DNA from: Candidatus Parcubacteria bacterium
GTDB taxonomy: Bacteria; Patescibacteriota; Patescibacteriia; Patescibacteriales; BM507
Direction of reading: 5' to 3'
NCBI GenBank assembly: GCA_002869265.1
Contig: PKTH01000036.1
Span: 50,224 to 114,223, forward strand
Length of the DNA stretch: 64,000 bases
In this document: positions 1 through 8,614 of the stretch, piece by piece
Layout of the letters: each line of letters starts with the position of its first letter
Position numbering within the stretch: position 1 is the first letter of the stretch
The notes under the pieces: model-generated
Database searches by the model: none
Seen by the model: the letters and a program-made list of their open reading frames with translations, nothing else
Told to the model about the DNA's origin: nothing
Made by a program: the position numbers and the translations under genes

Positions 1-2
1 CT

Positions 3-248
3 TTGTCTGAAAAAACAGAGTTATCAAAAAAAGACGTAGTAAATCTAATGGACGAGCTAGCAGCACTTGCTTACTCTGAAGTAAAAAAGAATGGTGAATT
101 CGTAGTTCCTGGATTCGGGAAAATGGTAAAAGCAAGAAGAGCAGCTAGAATGGGTGTTAACCCAGCAACTGGTGAAAAAATTAAAATCGCAGCAAAAACA
201 GTTGTTAAGTTCAGATTAGCTAAAGCAGCTAAGGACGCAGTATTATAA
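3..248 (+). CDS. hup: DNA-binding protein HU/IHF family, 5'-truncated by the window edge
   Basis: GFGKMVKARRAARMGVNPATGEKIKIAAKTVVKFRLAKAAKDAV matches the HU beta-arm and C-terminus. About 10 N-terminal residues are missing and the apparent TTG is not the real start. Confidence 0.85.
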   Translation: MSEKTELSKKDVVNLMDELAALAYSEVKKNGEFVVPGFGKMVKARRAARMGVNPATGEKIKIAAKTVVKFRLAKAAKDAVL

Positions 249-265
249 TAGATTTTTCAGTATAT

Positions 266-297
266 AAAAAGACACCTTTTATTAGGTGTCTTTTTTT
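266..297. terminator. Rho-independent terminator (bidirectional) between hup and a convergent membrane protein gene
   Basis: Stem gacacct (271-277) pairs with aggtgtc (284-290); an A-run lies upstream and a T-run at 291-297. Confidence 0.7.
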
Positions 298-985
298 ATT
301 TGATATTTAACCAAATAATAGTAATGAGAGAAACCCCCAAAAGAAAAAGGAAGGGGTTTCCTCTTTTTTTCTTTGGGATAATGTCTCTGGAGATAATATA
401 TAAAAGCATCCCCATGATGAAAGCAAATAAATATGATTTAATATGAGGTTCAACATTGAGTGATATGGAAGACAGGGCACCGACAAAAGGCGCTGAAGAA
501 AGAATCATTTTATTGAATTTCGTTTTTTCTCTTTTGTCCATATATTCAAGAGAAAACGATGAAGAAATGGTTTGTAGAAAAAGAGGTACTAAAATAAAAA
601 ATTTAAAGTTTGAATCAAGATTTAAAGTGCTTGATAAAATAAAGCCGATCATAAAATGATCGACAAAAAAACCGATCTGGTGGAGATATTTTAACTCTTT
701 GTATAGTTTTTTTCTGTCATGATTGTGTTGATATAGGAATTTTTCAAGTACGTGAAAAAAGGTAAAGCCCAACAACAGTAGAAACAAGACAATATTTAAT
801 TCAGATTTTTTTAAAATCTCTGGAAGAAGAATTAGAAATATAAGGGCTATAAGATTTCCAGCTCCAAAGCTTAATATCTGAAACTTATGTTTAATGAAGA
901 GTTTTGAAAATTTGCGACTATAGAAGTTTGAAAAACTTAGAATTAAGGCAAATATTAGTATTGTTATTTCTGTTGATAGAAGCAT
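296..985 (-). CDS. Polytopic membrane protein, possible ZIP-like metal cation transporter
   Basis: 229 aa with multiple hydrophobic helices and a His-rich loop (YQHNHD, VDHFMIGF). The family assignment is weak. Confidence 0.35.
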   Translation of the reverse strand: MLLSTEITILIFALILSFSNFYSRKFSKLFIKHKFQILSFGAGNLIALIFLILLPEILKKSELNIVLFLLLLGFTFFHVLEKFLYQHNHDRKKLYKELKYLHQIGFFVDHFMIGFILSSTLNLDSNFKFFILVPLFLQTISSSFSLEYMDKREKTKFNKMILSSAPFVGALSSISLNVEPHIKSYLFAFIMGMLLYIISRDIIPKKKRGNPFLFLLGVSLITIIWLNIK

Positions 986-1091
986 CGTATTTTTTCTTTA
1001 TTGGGTTATTTTAGCACTTTTTAAATTATTTCTCAATGATTAATTTTTAAGATGCGTTTGATTTTTCTTTTAATTAAACTATAATCAAGGT

Positions 1092-2546
1092 ATGAATAGA
1101 GAGATATTAAAACTAAGAATTCTTTTGTGGGGAGGGCTATTTCTGCTGGTTGTGTTTTTTGTTTATAAGTCAATTGTTCCTAGCGGTCACATTTCTTATA
1201 AATATGACTTTAGTAAGAGAAATTCTTTTATTTCAAGACTTTCTCCTAGCGATAGGGTTCTTCAGATTGAGAATGGTGAGCAGGGGGTTATTGGCGACCC
1301 GGTTTATTTTTCCCTAAGGACTTCCAGACCTTTTAATTCTGCTTTGATGACAATTAAATATAGGAACAATAATCAAGAACAAAATCCACTGGTTGAGAGT
1401 GGCTTTCTAGCAGACGCCAAAGCTTGGAGATATAAGCTAGAACCTGTTGAAAATTATTTTCTAAATGTCATTGAAGATAATTGGGAAAGCTTAGAGCGTG
1501 ACGGTCTTAAACTATATATAAACCCAGAAGCTAGTAGTACCTATCAAGCAGTTGATGATTTTCTAAAATCACCACCAGCAAGTGATAAGATTGCTACTTA
1601 TAATTATTCTTTTGATACTAATTACATTTTGGATAATTATGCATCCAGTTCAAAAATACTGACAATAGAGAAAGAACTAAGAGCAGATTATCAATTCTTT
1701 ACTTACATTGATAATGAAGATCTGTATTTTAAATTTGTTTTTGAGGATATTAATCAGAATAAAGACAGCGATGATATCGATTTATTTCTTTATTTTAATA
1801 ATCAGCTAATTCAATCCAAACATCTAGATGATGATGGGATTAGCGAAGATAGTGGTGAGATAGCTGAGGAGAGAGAGATTATTTATGATTTGGTGAACAT
1901 GCCATCAGGAGCCTACAAGATTGAGCTACGCGCGGGTGATGATGTTTTAACTAAGAGCATTGAAACCAAACAGAATAAACTTTCATTTATAAACAAAATT
2001 TGGATATCTGATCAAGCGCTTGAAGATTTTTCTGTTATTACAGATTCTGACGTGGTGCATTTTCAAACAACCAACCCTGGTAGTTTGCAAAATATTAAAT
2101 TATCATCAAGCACGGTTAATCTGGATGAAACATTTAGACAATTTTCTCAGGAGACAAATGGATCTAGCACGGAAATTATTTTTGAGAAAGGCGATATAAT
2201 AATAGCGGGTAATGGAGTTTTTAGTTTTAGTGGTGAAGAATTTTTGAACCCTAGAATTAAAAAAGTTGATTCGAATTATGATATTGATGATTCTTCGATT
2301 GATTATATTTTAGCTAGGTACCAAACTCCGGAAGAGACAAATAATCTAAAAACTCAACATTTGGAATTTGATATAAGTGGTGCCTATAGGGAAGACTCTA
2401 AATATAGTTTTCTTATTTCAATCCCTGGACTTAAGGCCGATGATGAAATTGACGACTCTATTACTATAGATGAGATAGAGTTTGACTTGTATGGAGTTAG
2501 TTTATTTGAGAAAATACTTTCAATTTTTAATAAAAATGAAAAATAA
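1092..2546 (+). CDS. Hypothetical protein with an N-terminal TM anchor and a large Asp/Asn-rich extracytoplasmic domain
   Basis: 484-aa ORF with an ATG start and one N-terminal hydrophobic helix (LRILLWGGLFLLVVFFVY). No recognisable catalytic motif. Confidence 0.6.
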   Translation: MNREILKLRILLWGGLFLLVVFFVYKSIVPSGHISYKYDFSKRNSFISRLSPSDRVLQIENGEQGVIGDPVYFSLRTSRPFNSALMTIKYRNNNQEQNPLVESGFLADAKAWRYKLEPVENYFLNVIEDNWESLERDGLKLYINPEASSTYQAVDDFLKSPPASDKIATYNYSFDTNYILDNYASSSKILTIEKELRADYQFFTYIDNEDLYFKFVFEDINQNKDSDDIDLFLYFNNQLIQSKHLDDDGISEDSGEIAEEREIIYDLVNMPSGAYKIELRAGDDVLTKSIETKQNKLSFINKIWISDQALEDFSVITDSDVVHFQTTNPGSLQNIKLSSSTVNLDETFRQFSQETNGSSTEIIFEKGDIIIAGNGVFSFSGEEFLNPRIKKVDSNYDIDDSSIDYILARYQTPEETNNLKTQHLEFDISGAYREDSKYSFLISIPGLKADDEIDDSITIDEIEFDLYGVSLFEKILSIFNKNEK

Positions 2547-2724
2547 TTTAAACAAAATTCAGCCGTATCTAAGAGAGGTTTTTTATTTTTTGACCGCCGC
2601 TCTCTTCGTGTTTTATATTTTAGAGCTTATAAAACCTAATATAGTGATTGCTTATCTAAATTTAGCCTATTTATTGATAATCTGGATTTTAGTTGCTATA
2701 GTTATAATAGTTAATAACAAGTAA
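2536..2724 (+). CDS. Small hydrophobic membrane protein (62 aa), tentative
   Basis: ATG at 2536 overlaps the stop of the upstream gene, and the product has two predicted TM helices. The longer 2482 start in the ORF track overlaps the upstream CDS and is unlikely. Confidence 0.3.
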   Translation: MKNNLNKIQPYLREVFYFLTAALFVFYILELIKPNIVIAYLNLAYLLIIWILVAIVIIVNNK

Positions 2725-2728
2725 AAAT

Positions 2729-3754
2729 ATGCGTGATAAAAAGAATTTAATCCCCATTTTAATATTTATTGCTATATTTATATTGCCCTCAATATTGGCA
2801 AATAGGTTTTTGCTAATGTTAACAATATTTATTGTAATTATATATTTAATATTTAAAAAATCTAATAATTTAATTAATAAAAATATGAGCCAAACAATCA
2901 ACATTGATCCAATTTCAGGAGCAATCAAGGGGACTAAGAAAGTTATTGGAACTGTAATTTTAGTTTTAGCTATTATTATTTTTCTGATTAACGCCGTAAG
3001 AATAATTGACGCTGGCGAGACAGGTGTTTATTCGTTATTTGGTAAAGTTAAGGATAACGAAGTTAGATCAGGTATCCACGTTATTAATCCGTTTGCAAAA
3101 ATTACCACAATGTCCATTAGAACTGAAGAGTATACAATGAGTGTTACTCAGGGTGAAGGTAAAATATCTGGAGCAGATGCTATCACATCCTTAACCAAAG
3201 AGGGATTGAGTGTTGATCTTGATATGACAGTTCTTTATAGAGTTCAAGAAGAGAAAGCTTCTGATATCTATAAAAATGTTGGTTTAAATTTTGAAAATAA
3301 GATATTGAGACCTTCGATCAGAACATCAATTAGAGATGTAATTGCTCAATACGAAGCAAAGGACATTTATTCTGAAAAGAGACAGGAGGCCGCAGAAAAG
3401 ATCAAAGAAAACCTAATAGCTGATTTGGAACCAAGGGGAATAATTGTAGAGGATGTTCTTTTGCGAAACGTGGCTCTTCCTGCTAATCTAGCTAATGCAA
3501 TTCAAGAAAAATTACAAGCAGAACAAGAGGCTCAGAAATATGAGTTTATTTTACAGAGAGAGGAAAAAGAGAAAGAAAGAAAGATTATTGAAGCGGAAGG
3601 TCAAAGAGATGCTCAGAAGATTATAAATGAAAGTCTTTCAACTAATTATCTGTACTATTTATACATAAATGAATTAAAGGACAGAGAAGGCACTATATAT
3701 GTACCAACAGGAAACACTACCGGCGTGCCTCTTTTTAGAAATCTCGGTAACTAA
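2729..3754 (+). CDS. SPFH/band-7 (prohibitin/HflC-like) membrane protein
   Basis: GETGVYSLFGKV...INPFAKI...ILRPSIRTSIRDVIAQYEAKDIYSEKR plus a coiled-coil EAEGQRDAQKII tail. The real start may be the ATG at 2885 (MSQTIN). Confidence 0.8.
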   Translation: MRDKKNLIPILIFIAIFILPSILANRFLLMLTIFIVIIYLIFKKSNNLINKNMSQTINIDPISGAIKGTKKVIGTVILVLAIIIFLINAVRIIDAGETGVYSLFGKVKDNEVRSGIHVINPFAKITTMSIRTEEYTMSVTQGEGKISGADAITSLTKEGLSVDLDMTVLYRVQEEKASDIYKNVGLNFENKILRPSIRTSIRDVIAQYEAKDIYSEKRQEAAEKIKENLIADLEPRGIIVEDVLLRNVALPANLANAIQEKLQAEQEAQKYEFILQREEKEKERKIIEAEGQRDAQKIINESLSTNYLYYLYINELKDREGTIYVPTGNTTGVPLFRNLGN

Positions 3755-4315
3755 ATGAGAAAAATTGGATTTGTAACTAGCAACAAGCATAAGTTAGCAC
3801 AGATGCAAATAGTTTTATCTGCCTATGGTGTTGAATTAGAGCAAATAAAGATTGATTATCCTGAAGATAAAGAAAAGAACATGGAAGAAATCGCAAGAGA
3901 GGCTAGTAAAAATTTAGCTGAGAAACTGGGTAGGGAGTTGATTGTTGAGGATACTGGATTATATTTTGAGGCATACAATAATTTTCCAGGAGCACAACCA
4001 AAATTTGTTTATAATAGTCTTGGCTTTAAAGGTATTTTTAAGCTTTTGCTGGACGAGAATAGGGGGGCATATTTTAAGACAGTCATTGGTTACTGCAGTC
4101 CGGGCAAGGATCCCAAAACTTTTGATGGACAAATGAACGGCGTCATTGCAGAGGAGGTGCTTCTTCCAGAAAAAGAAGCTATGCCCTATGAACATATATT
4201 TATCCCAGAAGGTTATGCTAAGACCATGGTTGAGATGGATGTAGATTTGAAAAATTCCTTTTCACATAGAGGTAAGGCTACAAGAAAATTTGGTGAATTT
4301 ATAAAAAATAATTAA
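3755..4315 (+). CDS. rdgB: Non-canonical purine NTP pyrophosphatase (RdgB/Ham1 ITPase)
   Basis: Ham1 motifs are present: VTSNKHK, EDTGL, FPGAQPK and SHRGKA. Confidence 0.85.
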   Translation: MRKIGFVTSNKHKLAQMQIVLSAYGVELEQIKIDYPEDKEKNMEEIAREASKNLAEKLGRELIVEDTGLYFEAYNNFPGAQPKFVYNSLGFKGIFKLLLDENRGAYFKTVIGYCSPGKDPKTFDGQMNGVIAEEVLLPEKEAMPYEHIFIPEGYAKTMVEMDVDLKNSFSHRGKATRKFGEFIKNN

Positions 4316-4320
4316 AATAT

Positions 4321-4731
4321 ATGGAAGATTGTATATTCTGTAAAATAGTAAATCAGGAACTAGCTTCATATAAAGTTCATGAAAGTGACAAGGTTTTAGC
4401 CTTTTTAGATGTTTTGCCAATGAGTTCTGGTCATACGATAGTCGCCCCTAAAGAACATTTTTCCGATGTTGAGTCACTGCCCAATGAAATACTTTCAGAA
4501 ATGGCCATTATTTTTAAAAAAATAGGTAAAGCAATGATGGATAGTTTGGGAGTGGAGGGTTATAGTGTTTTATTGGATAATAAAAGTGCAGCCAATCAAC
4601 ATGTTCCTCATGTTCATTTTCATATTGTGCCCAGAAAAGAAGGTGACGGTTTTAAAAGATGGATGCAAAGCGCTTATGAAGAAGGAGAGGCTAGAAAAAT
4701 TGCAGAGCAGATTTCAAGTAAAATAGAGTAG
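4321..4731 (+). CDS. HIT (histidine triad) family nucleotide hydrolase
   Basis: N-terminal CIFCKI and the histidine triad HVPHVHFHIVPR. Confidence 0.85.
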   Translation: MEDCIFCKIVNQELASYKVHESDKVLAFLDVLPMSSGHTIVAPKEHFSDVESLPNEILSEMAIIFKKIGKAMMDSLGVEGYSVLLDNKSAANQHVPHVHFHIVPRKEGDGFKRWMQSAYEEGEARKIAEQISSKIE

Positions 4732-4732
4732 T

Positions 4733-5131
4733 ATGAAAGATTGTATTTTTTGTAAAATTGTTTCAGGTGAAATACCAAGTAAGAAAGTTTATGAAGATGG
4801 TGATTTTTTGTCCTTCCTAGATATTAGGCCCTTAAATCCAGGGCACATATTGATTGTCCCTAAAAAACATTTTAGATGGGTTTGGGATGTTCCGAATATA
4901 GGGGCTTACTATGAAATTGTGGGAAAACTTGCCAAGGTTTTAAAAAAAACCTTTGATACAGAACAAATTGTTAGCCTTGTGTTTGGGGAAGAGGTTCCCC
5001 ATGCTCATATATGGCTTGTTCCAAGATTTGAGGGTGATGGCCACGGAACTTCTATCGATACAAAGAATTTCAAAAATATTAGCGAGGAAGAACTTGCAGA
5101 AATCCAGTCTAGAATTAAAAATCAAATATAA
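4733..5131 (+). CDS. HIT family protein, tandem paralog
   Basis: CIFCKIV...HILIVPKKH...PHAHIWLVPR. It follows the first HIT gene after a 1-bp gap. Confidence 0.85.
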   Translation: MKDCIFCKIVSGEIPSKKVYEDGDFLSFLDIRPLNPGHILIVPKKHFRWVWDVPNIGAYYEIVGKLAKVLKKTFDTEQIVSLVFGEEVPHAHIWLVPRFEGDGHGTSIDTKNFKNISEEELAEIQSRIKNQI

Positions 5132-5160
5132 TACTTGAATTAAACTGAATTATTCTTTTT

Positions 5161-6423
5161 TTGTCTAGATTGACAAGAGAGTATTTTCGGTTTAATATTT
5201 TTTTACTAACAATTAACAAAAAAATAATGTTCGCTATGCAGGAACTGAACAGCAAAATAAATATAATAAGGGGGTTATTAGAAAGAAAAGCATTGTCAAA
5301 AGCCGAAGCTCAGAAATTGCTTGGTTTGGATGATAAAAATTTTTCGGCGCTTTTTGAACTGTCTCTCGACTTAAGTGAGGGTGTTAAAAATGTCTTAGTT
5401 TGTGGTGGGGCCGGTTTTATTGGATCAAATTTTGTTAGGCACATGCTAGAGGCACATCCCAGCTATAAAATTGTAAATTTTGATAAGCTTACCTATGCTG
5501 GTAATTTGGAAAATTTAAGAGATATAGAGAAAAATCCTAACTACACATTTGTTCAAGGAGATATTACTGATCTGGAACAATTGAACAAAACTATTCAAGA
5601 TCACAATATAACCCACGTTATAAATTTTGCAGCAGAGACTCATGTTGATAGATCGATCCACGGAGGAAGTAAAGAATTTGTAATGACTAATTCTTTGGGA
5701 GTGCAGATGATTCTAGATGCTGTTAAGATGAACAATATTGAAAAGTTTGTAAATGTTTCTACCGATGAGGTTTATGGAGCTCTAGAACTAGAGTCAGAAG
5801 ACATGTTTAGAGAAGATACTCCGATTATGCCAAATATGCCCTATGCGGCTGCAAAGGCTGGTGGTGATTTGATGTGTAACGCATATTGGAAAACTCACGG
5901 TACGCCAGTCGTTGTAACTCATTGTTCAAATAACTATGGACCTTATCAATTTCCTGAAAAACTGATTCCATTTTTTATATTTAAACTTATTAATGACGAG
6001 AAGGTCCCAGTTTACGGAGATGGGTTAAATGTTCGTGACTGGATTCATGTTCGGGATCATGCTAGTGCGCTCGATCTATTACTGCACAAGGGAGAACCTG
6101 GCGAAGTTTATAATATTGGTTCAGACAATGAAAGAAATAATATGGAAGTAACAAGGTTGATGCTAAAACTTTTAGGTAAAGATGAATCTAGCATTGAGTA
6201 TGTCACTGATAGACCTGGACATGATAGAAGATACGCAATTGACGCCTCAAAGATATTTAGTCTAGGTTGGAAACCGGTTTATACAAGGGAAAAATTTGAA
6301 GAAGGACTTAAAGAAACGGTTGATTGGTATCTAGCAAATACAGAATGGGTTGAAGCTTTAAGAAAGAAAAAAGACGAAATGAATAATTGGCAAGAATCTT
6401 ATTTCAAAAATAATAAAAAATAA
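5161..6423 (+). CDS. rfbB: dTDP-glucose 4,6-dehydratase, with an unusual N-terminal extension
   Basis: GGAGFIGSNFV Rossmann motif, YAAAK catalytic motif, and GDGLNVRDWIHVRDH. The track start at 5161 is a TTG; the true start is probably the ATG at 5227 or a TTG near 5317. Confidence 0.85.
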   Translation: MSRLTREYFRFNIFLLTINKKIMFAMQELNSKINIIRGLLERKALSKAEAQKLLGLDDKNFSALFELSLDLSEGVKNVLVCGGAGFIGSNFVRHMLEAHPSYKIVNFDKLTYAGNLENLRDIEKNPNYTFVQGDITDLEQLNKTIQDHNITHVINFAAETHVDRSIHGGSKEFVMTNSLGVQMILDAVKMNNIEKFVNVSTDEVYGALELESEDMFREDTPIMPNMPYAAAKAGGDLMCNAYWKTHGTPVVVTHCSNNYGPYQFPEKLIPFFIFKLINDEKVPVYGDGLNVRDWIHVRDHASALDLLLHKGEPGEVYNIGSDNERNNMEVTRLMLKLLGKDESSIEYVTDRPGHDRRYAIDASKIFSLGWKPVYTREKFEEGLKETVDWYLANTEWVEALRKKKDEMNNWQESYFKNNKK

Positions 6424-6834
6424 ATGAAACTTGATTTTAGGAGGCTTGAGATCAAAAAAATAGATACTCCAACCATGACCATGAGTCCTATGGAGTTAAA
6501 AGAATATATTGATTTTGAAGTAAAAAGAATTTATTTTATCACTAATCTAAAAGACGGCATCGGGAAGCATTGTCATCATAACGAAAAAGAATTATTTGTA
6601 ATGATACAAGGCTCTTGTATTGCCACCATAGATCAAGGTAGAGGATTTGAGAAAATTGAAATGAAAGCGCCAACTGATGCAATTTATGTAGGTAATTATG
6701 TTTGGCACCAATTTGATAAATTTTCTGAAGACGCTATTCTGTTAGCAGTGTCTTCAACTAATTATAGTGCAGACAGATTAGATTATATTGAAGATTATAA
6801 TGAATATAAAAAGTATTTATTAGATAATAAATAA
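6424..6834 (+). CDS. fdtA: dTDP-4-dehydro-6-deoxyglucose 3,4-ketoisomerase-like cupin (FdtA/WxcM-like)
   Basis: GKHCHHNEKELFVMIQG...YVGNYVWHQFDKFSEDAILLAVSSTNYSADRLDYIEDY matches the WxcM/FdtA cupin signature. Confidence 0.65.
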   Translation: MKLDFRRLEIKKIDTPTMTMSPMELKEYIDFEVKRIYFITNLKDGIGKHCHHNEKELFVMIQGSCIATIDQGRGFEKIEMKAPTDAIYVGNYVWHQFDKFSEDAILLAVSSTNYSADRLDYIEDYNEYKKYLLDNK

Positions 6835-6863
6835 CAGTTCTTTTTAATCCCCGGGAGGATGCC

Positions 6864-7088
6864 ATGCGAAGATATACCAACTATCCGATTTTAATATCTG
6901 ATGGAATGAACCCCTTTTCAGTCACTGTTGGCTTTCGCTGCGGAGAATGCGGCCAAATAAGTGAAGATATAACCAAGCATAAGTGTAAACCAATTATTTC
7001 AAGAGAAAAAGAGGATTCAATTTCATTTTCGTCTTTATTGCGGGAAGTGTTTAATTTCAAAAACAAGCTTTCCGGGGAAGCAATTTAG
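6864..7088 (+). CDS. Small Cys-containing protein (74 aa)
   Basis: Strong Shine-Dalgarno GGGAGGA 5 nt upstream, a hairpin terminator downstream, and partial zinc-ribbon-like RCGECG...HKCKP. Confidence 0.45.
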   Translation: MRRYTNYPILISDGMNPFSVTVGFRCGECGQISEDITKHKCKPIISREKEDSISFSSLLREVFNFKNKLSGEAI

Positions 7089-7091
7089 TAC

Positions 7092-7126
7092 AAAAAAACC
7101 AGTTTAATAAACTGGTTTTATTTTTA
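7092..7126. terminator. Bidirectional rho-independent terminator
   Basis: Stem aaaccagttt/aaactggttt followed by a T-run. It serves convergent genes ending at 7088 (+) and 7128 (-). Confidence 0.7.
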
Positions 7127-7127
7127 T

Positions 7128-8492
7128 CTACATTCCAGCTCTAGAGAGAACGACTGAGATTGTTTTTAAGAGTATAGAAGTATCAAGATATGGAGAGCGA
7201 TTTTTAACATAGTAGAGATCGAATTGCAATTTCTTCATAGTGTCCTCCTCGCTTGGAGAGTGGTATTCTCCAGACACTTGGTCCCAACCAGTGAGACCGG
7301 GTTTGACCAACATTCTTTCCTTGTAGAATGGAATTACTTTTTCTAATTTTTCTATCAACTCTGGTCTTTCAGGCCTTGGTCCAACAAAGCTCATTTCGCC
7401 TTTAATGATATTTAAAACCTGGGGTATTTCATCTATTCGGCTTTTACGGAGGAGGGACCCGAACCTAGTTATCCGAGAATCATTTGTTTTTGTAGGAGAG
7501 AAATTATTATTTTCACTTTTCATCGTTCTAAACTTTAAGATAGTGAATTTTTTACCGTTTTTCCCTTCTCGGATTTGTTTGAAAAATACAGGACCCTTGC
7601 TTTCAATTTTTATAAATATTGCAATGATAAACCAGAGAGGGAGAGTTATCAAAAGGATAGATAGTGCGAAGAGAAAATCAAAGAGTCTCTTGATGTGGTC
7701 AAAAATGACCTTATTTGCTTCATTTAGATTTTCTAAAAACCACATTTGGTTAATAGCTTTAATGGGTATTTTCCCTATTATATTCTCGTAGAAGTTGATT
7801 GAATTGACGAATTGGAGCTTTAGAGAAAGTGAAGAAAATAACTCTTGCCTTAGAACGCTAGAGTCTTCAGGTGAATCTGACAAAACTATTGTGTTAATTT
7901 GGTGTTTTTTTATCAAATCCTTGAATCCAGATAACTCATTTATAACCCTGATTTTTTTATGCTCTATCTCACTAGAATCTTTTGTGGCTAAGATTAATTT
8001 TGGTAGATAGCCGGTATTGGGATTTATTTCAATAAAATTAAGTATTTCTTTTACTTGGTTATCATAACCAATAAAAGCCACCTTGTTTTTTGGAAGATAT
8101 GAGTCAAGAAGGGTGTTGTATAAGGCCCGCCAGAGAAGGAAAATAATGGTAAAAACTAGAAGAAAAATAAGAAGGTTTGTTTTGGGGGCAATTGCTATAT
8201 TGGGATTCAAATAGAAGAAAAGAGCTGCCAGGGCGCCAGCCAATAAAAGACTTTTTGTAACTGACCTAAAGAATATTTTGCTATTTTGAGCAATATAGAG
8301 ATTATAGAGGCCAAATAAGTAGAAAAGGAACAGCCAGGCTACAAACACATATGAGAAGGTTATGTAGTGGTTTTCCCAGACTCTAGAATTAAAATTGTCT
8401 CGATATCTAAGAAATAATGCAAGATATAATGACAAATATAGAGTTGATATATCTCCCGTGAGAAGAAAGAATTTTTTAATTTTGTTATGCAT
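7128..8492 (-). CDS. Polyprenyl-phosphate sugar phosphotransferase (bacterial sugar transferase, WbaP/WcaJ-like initiating glycosyltransferase)
   Basis: C-terminal KRLFDFLFALSILLITLPLW...KQIREGKNGKKFTILKFRTM...IDEIPQVLNIIKGEMSFVGPRPERPE, with 4-5 N-terminal TM helices. Confidence 0.85.
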   Translation of the reverse strand: MHNKIKKFFLLTGDISTLYLSLYLALFLRYRDNFNSRVWENHYITFSYVFVAWLFLFYLFGLYNLYIAQNSKIFFRSVTKSLLLAGALAALFFYLNPNIAIAPKTNLLIFLLVFTIIFLLWRALYNTLLDSYLPKNKVAFIGYDNQVKEILNFIEINPNTGYLPKLILATKDSSEIEHKKIRVINELSGFKDLIKKHQINTIVLSDSPEDSSVLRQELFSSLSLKLQFVNSINFYENIIGKIPIKAINQMWFLENLNEANKVIFDHIKRLFDFLFALSILLITLPLWFIIAIFIKIESKGPVFFKQIREGKNGKKFTILKFRTMKSENNNFSPTKTNDSRITRFGSLLRKSRIDEIPQVLNIIKGEMSFVGPRPERPELIEKLEKVIPFYKERMLVKPGLTGWDQVSGEYHSPSEEDTMKKLQFDLYYVKNRSPYLDTSILLKTISVVLSRAGM

Positions 8493-8579
8493 ATAGCGAT
8501 TATAGCAAATATGCTCTAAAAATCAATTATTTTTAACAGAAAAACTCCCAACATTAAATAAAAAAATAAATTTATACTA

Positions 8580-8608
8580 TTGAAAAATAATATGCAAATT
8601 GATATAAT
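8580..8608 (+). promoter_or_regulatory. Sigma-70-like promoter for holB, implying a leaderless transcript
   Basis: TTGAAA (8580-8585), a 17-nt spacer, then TATAAT (8603-8608). The ATG lies 7 nt downstream of the -10, and there is no SD. Confidence 0.5.
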
Positions 8609-8614
8609 TTTACT

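Noticed and set aside
3942-4195. Small ORFs on both strands inside rdgB (3942-4136 +, 3959-4195 -), inside the HIT paralogs (4940-5138) and inside the glycosyltransferase (7405-8010)
   Set aside because: They overlap well-supported CDSs in alternative frames and have no SD.
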